Assembly (NCBI GenBank): GCA_050187355.1
Contig: JBFWXO010000006.1
Location: forward strand, 43,658 to 107,657
Length of the DNA stretch: 64,000 nucleotides
Reading direction: 5' to 3'
Source of the DNA: Vicinamibacterales bacterium
Lineage (GTDB): Bacteria; Acidobacteriota; Vicinamibacteria; Vicinamibacterales; UBA2999
In this document: positions 60,924 to 64,000 of the stretch, one piece after another
Layout of the letters: the number at the start of each line of letters is the position of its first letter
Position numbering within the stretch: position 1 is the stretch's first letter
Notes under the pieces: generated by a model
Databases searched by the model: none
What the model was told of the DNA's origin: nothing
Seen by the model: only the letters and a program-made list of their open reading frames with translations
Program-made: the position numbers and the translations under genes

Positions 60924-61008
60924 CAGGGACCGGGGACCAGGGAGCGGGGAACGAGAATTCCGCGTCAGCGGGCATCGTGTTGCCCTGGTCCCTGGTCCCC
61001 GGTCCCTG
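60924..61008. repeat. REP-like inverted heptamer repeat between hisG and hisD
   Basis: cagggaccggggaccaggg (60924-60942) is the exact reverse complement of ccctggtccccggtccctg (60990-61008). Confidence 0.85.
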
Positions 61009-61022
61009 CCTGCGAGGTTTTC

Positions 61023-62285
61023 GTGATCAGAATCGTGGAGTCCAGCAACCGGGCCGAGGTCGAGGCCCTGCTCAAGCCGACCGCCATTCGCGATCGGGCC
61101 ACCGAGCGGAAGGCCGCGGTCATCGTCGAGCGCGTGCGGCGCGAGGGCGATGGGGCGCTGAAGGCCTACGCGAAGGCGCTCGACGGCTGGGGCGGCGCGA
61201 TCGAGGTGCCGCGGCGCGCGATCGAGGCCGGGGCGCGGCGGGCGCCGGCCGGCGTGCGGGCGGCGCTGAGGCGGGCGGCCGCCGCGATTCACGCCGTGGC
61301 CGAGGCGCAGCGGCCCCGGCCGTGGCGGAAGCGCGTCGCCCCCGGCGTCACCGTCGAGCAGCGGGTCATTCCGCTCGACCGGGTCGGCTGCTACGTGCCG
61401 GGCGGCCGGTATCCCCTGCCGTCGTCGCTCCTGATGACGGCGATCCCGGCGCGCGTGGCCGGCGTGCCCGACGTGATCGTCTGCTCGCCGTCGATGGATC
61501 CCGTGGTGCTGGCCGCCGCCGTCGAGGCCGGCGCCGACCGCGTGTTCCGGCTCGGCGGGGCGCATGCGGTGGCGGCGATGGCGTACGGCACCGCGACGGT
61601 GCCGCGCGTCGCCAAGATCGTCGGGCCGGGGAACCGGTGGGTCTCGGCCGCCAAGGCGCTCGTCGCGGCCGACTGCCCCATCGACTTCTACGCCGGACCG
61701 ACCGAGATCCTGATCGTGGCCGATCGCGGCCCGGCCGGCTGGATTGCCGCGGACCTCATCGCGCAGGCCGAGCACGATCCCGACGCGCGCGCCGTCTTCG
61801 TCACCTCGCGCCGGTCCCTCGCCCGCGCGGTGGCCGAGGAGGTGGCGCGGCAGCTGCCGGCCACGGGCCCGGCCGCCGCGTCGCTCTGGCACCACGGAGG
61901 CATCATCGTCACGCGCACCATGACGGACGCCGTGGCCCTGGCCAACGAGGCCGCGCCCGAGCACCTGGTCGTGGACACGGACGAGCGCGCCGATCGCATC
62001 CGGAACGCCGGGGCCATCTTCGTCGGTCCCTGGACCGCGCAGGCGGCCGGCGACTACGCCATCGGCTCGAACCACACGCTGCCCACGGCGGGCGTGGCGT
62101 CGGTGCGCGGCGGGCTGCACGCCGCCGACTTCGTGAAGCTCGTGTCGGTGCAGCGGCTCACGAGGGCCGGCGCGGCCGCCATCGGGCCAACGGCCGTCAC
62201 GCTGGCACGCGCGGAGGGCTTGGAAGGCCACGCCCGATCGGTGGAGGCACGGCTGCACCCGGGGACGGGAGCCCCGACACGATGA
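61023..62285 (+). CDS. hisD: Histidinol dehydrogenase
   Basis: [44 protein letters not shown]. Confidence 0.96.
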   Translation: MIRIVESSNRAEVEALLKPTAIRDRATERKAAVIVERVRREGDGALKAYAKALDGWGGAIEVPRRAIEAGARRAPAGVRAALRRAAAAIHAVAEAQRPRPWRKRVAPGVTVEQRVIPLDRVGCYVPGGRYPLPSSLLMTAIPARVAGVPDVIVCSPSMDPVVLAAAVEAGADRVFRLGGAHAVAAMAYGTATVPRVAKIVGPGNRWVSAAKALVAADCPIDFYAGPTEILIVADRGPAGWIAADLIAQAEHDPDARAVFVTSRRSLARAVAEEVARQLPATGPAAASLWHHGGIIVTRTMTDAVALANEAAPEHLVVDTDERADRIRNAGAIFVGPWTAQAAGDYAIGSNHTLPTAGVASVRGGLHAADFVKLVSVQRLTRAGAAAIGPTAVTLARAEGLEGHARSVEARLHPGTGAPTR

Positions 62286-63358
62286 GCACGATCCAGGGAT
62301 TGCGTACTCCGGGCCCGGGCCTGCGCCTGCACCTGAACGAGAACACCGCCGGGTGTTCGCCGCGCGTGCTGGAGGCGATTCACCGCGTGACGGCCGACGA
62401 AGTCTCCACCTATCCGGACTACGAGGCCGCGGTCCGCGAGACCGCCGCGCATCTCGGCGCCGATCCGGACTGGACGGTGCTGACCAACGGGCTCGACGAC
62501 GGCCTGCTCCTCACGGCGATCGGCTACCTCACGGCGCGTGCGCCCGACGGCCTCGTCGCGCTGGGCGCCACGCCCGTGGTCCCGAGCGGCCAGCCGGAGC
62601 AGATTCTCGTGCTGCCCACGTTCGAGCCGTACCTGGTGAACGCCAGGGCCCTCGGCGCGAGGACCGTCGCGATTCCGTCCGACGCGGACTTCGCGTTCCC
62701 GCTGGCGCAGGTGCTGGGGGCGATCTCGCCGAACACGCGCCTCATCCTCGTCAACACGCCGCACAACCCCAGCGGGCGGCCCGTGGCCGAGTCCGACATC
62801 CGCGCGGTCATCGAGGCGGCGCCGCACGCCGCCGTCTTCATCGACGAGGCGTATCACGACTTCCACGGCGTCAACCACCTGGGGCTGGCCCGGGACTATC
62901 CGAACGTGATCATCGGCCGCACGTTCTCCAAGGCCTACGGCCTGGCCGGCATCCGGATCGGCGTGGTCATCGCGCCCCCGCCCCTCCTGGCGCCCATCCG
63001 GTACGTCATGCCGCTCTTCAACCTGAACGCCGTCGCCGTGGCGGCGCTCCGGGCGGCCGTGGCCGACCCGCGGTTCCTGGCGGCGTCGGTCGCCCAGGCG
63101 CGCGAGTCGAAGACGCTGCTGTACGAGGCCCTGACGCGCCTCAGCCTTCCCCACTGGAAGAGCGAGACGAACTTCGTCCTCGTGAACGGCGGCGATCGCT
63201 GCCAGGAGTTCGTGTCGGGCCTCGCCGCCCGCGGCGTGCACGTCCGCGACCGGAGCCGGGAGCATGGCTGCGCGGGCTGCTTCCGCGTGTCGGTCGGCCC
63301 GGTGGAGCACACGCGGGCGGCCATCGCCGCGCTGGAGGCGCTGTGCGCACGGCCGTAA
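62282..63358 (+). CDS. hisC: Histidinol-phosphate aminotransferase
   Basis: [34 protein letters not shown]. Confidence 0.94.
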   Translation: MSTIQGLRTPGPGLRLHLNENTAGCSPRVLEAIHRVTADEVSTYPDYEAAVRETAAHLGADPDWTVLTNGLDDGLLLTAIGYLTARAPDGLVALGATPVVPSGQPEQILVLPTFEPYLVNARALGARTVAIPSDADFAFPLAQVLGAISPNTRLILVNTPHNPSGRPVAESDIRAVIEAAPHAAVFIDEAYHDFHGVNHLGLARDYPNVIIGRTFSKAYGLAGIRIGVVIAPPPLLAPIRYVMPLFNLNAVAVAALRAAVADPRFLAASVAQARESKTLLYEALTRLSLPHWKSETNFVLVNGGDRCQEFVSGLAARGVHVRDRSREHGCAGCFRVSVGPVEHTRAAIAALEALCARP

Positions 63359-63930
63359 TCGATCGGAAGACGGGCGAGACGCGCGTCAGGATCGCGCTCA
63401 CCCTCGAGGGGCGGGGGCGCTTCGACAACGCGACCGGCATCCGCTTCCTGGACCACATGCTGGACCTGGTGGCGCGGCATGGCGCGTTCGACCTGTCGGT
63501 GCGCGCCGCCGGCGACCTCGACGTGGACCAGCACCACACCGTCGAGGACGTCGGCATCGCGCTGGGCCAGGCCGTGGACAAGGCGCTGGGCGACCGCCGG
63601 GGCATCAACCGCGCCGGCTATTTCGTGATGCCGATGGACGAGACGCTGGCCGTGGTCGCCATCGACCTGGGCGGGCGCCCGCACACGGTGGTGGACACGA
63701 AGGTGCGGGTGCGCCTGGTGGGCGACCTGCAGACCGAGCTCGTGACCGACTTCTTCGAGGGCTTCGCCACGGCCGCGCGCGCCAACGTCCACGTGAAGGT
63801 GATGCACGGCCGATCCAACCACCACAAGATCGAGGCCTGCTTCAAGGCCTTCGCCCGCGCGCTGCGGGTCGCGTGCGCGAAGGACGCGCGCATGGCGAAG
63901 CAGTTGCCGAGCACGAAGGGGCTGCTGTGA
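63343..63930 (+). CDS. hisB: Imidazoleglycerol-phosphate dehydratase
   Basis: [33 protein letters not shown]. Confidence 0.96.
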   Translation: MRTAVIDRKTGETRVRIALTLEGRGRFDNATGIRFLDHMLDLVARHGAFDLSVRAAGDLDVDQHHTVEDVGIALGQAVDKALGDRRGINRAGYFVMPMDETLAVVAIDLGGRPHTVVDTKVRVRLVGDLQTELVTDFFEGFATAARANVHVKVMHGRSNHHKIEACFKAFARALRVACAKDARMAKQLPSTKGLL

Positions 63931-64000
63931 TCGCGCTGGTGGACTACGGCGCCGGCAACCTGACGTCGGTCAGGAAGGTGCTGGGCGCGGCGGGGGCCGA
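63927..64000 (+). CDS. hisH: Imidazole glycerol phosphate synthase glutaminase subunit (5' part only)
   Basis: GTG start; (M)[18 protein letters not shown]; expected position in the operon. Confidence 0.85.
   Translation, partial: MIALVDYGAGNLTSVRKVLGAAGA

Overview
Very GC-rich bacterial chromosomal DNA. The gene content (acidobacterial-type VWA proteins, an Oar-like TonB receptor, DUF5916 paralogues, a VPS10/BNR protein) suggests Acidobacteriota, probably Vicinamibacteria-like; this is inference only. About 50 densely packed genes; no rRNA, tRNA, CRISPR array or transposase was seen. In order: two DUF5916 genes flanking a pseudokinase-AAA-GAF-sigma54 activator fusion and a STAS/ECF-sigma pair; an esterase/ATP-grasp/YbdK module; a methyltransferase; an actinobacterial Sdh1-like succinate dehydrogenase operon; a Moco-sulfurase-like PLP enzyme; an M29 peptidase plus a permuted ATP-grasp-like protein; a sensor kinase; modABC with a TOBE regulator; an M28 peptidase; a TonB-like protein; a DUF2946-like leader with porin, metal SBP and permease; an epimerase; an APC permease; DUF411; a VPS10 protein; a Cys-rich miniprotein; a phosphorelay with HD-GYP output; two sulfatase-fold TPR proteins; VWA proteins; a TonB-dependent receptor; and the start of the his operon (hisI-G-D-C-B-H). 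The best signals are mostly absent from or split in the ORF track: (1) a DUF411/CopG-like gene with an in-frame TGA at the first Cys of its CGCC motif, followed by a SECIS-like hairpin (candidate selenoprotein); (2) a CxxC/RAPP arrest-type leader whose RAPP codons can pair with the SD of a metal-uptake operon that lacks an ATPase; (3) a 7-His leader peptide with terminator/antiterminator ahead of hisI; (4) a sigma54 promoter with two palindromic enhancer sites driving an anti-sigma-less ECF next to the pseudokinase activator; (5) G-quadruplex-type heptamer repeats just after three stop codons. All family assignments come from motif recognition by eye; no searches were run.
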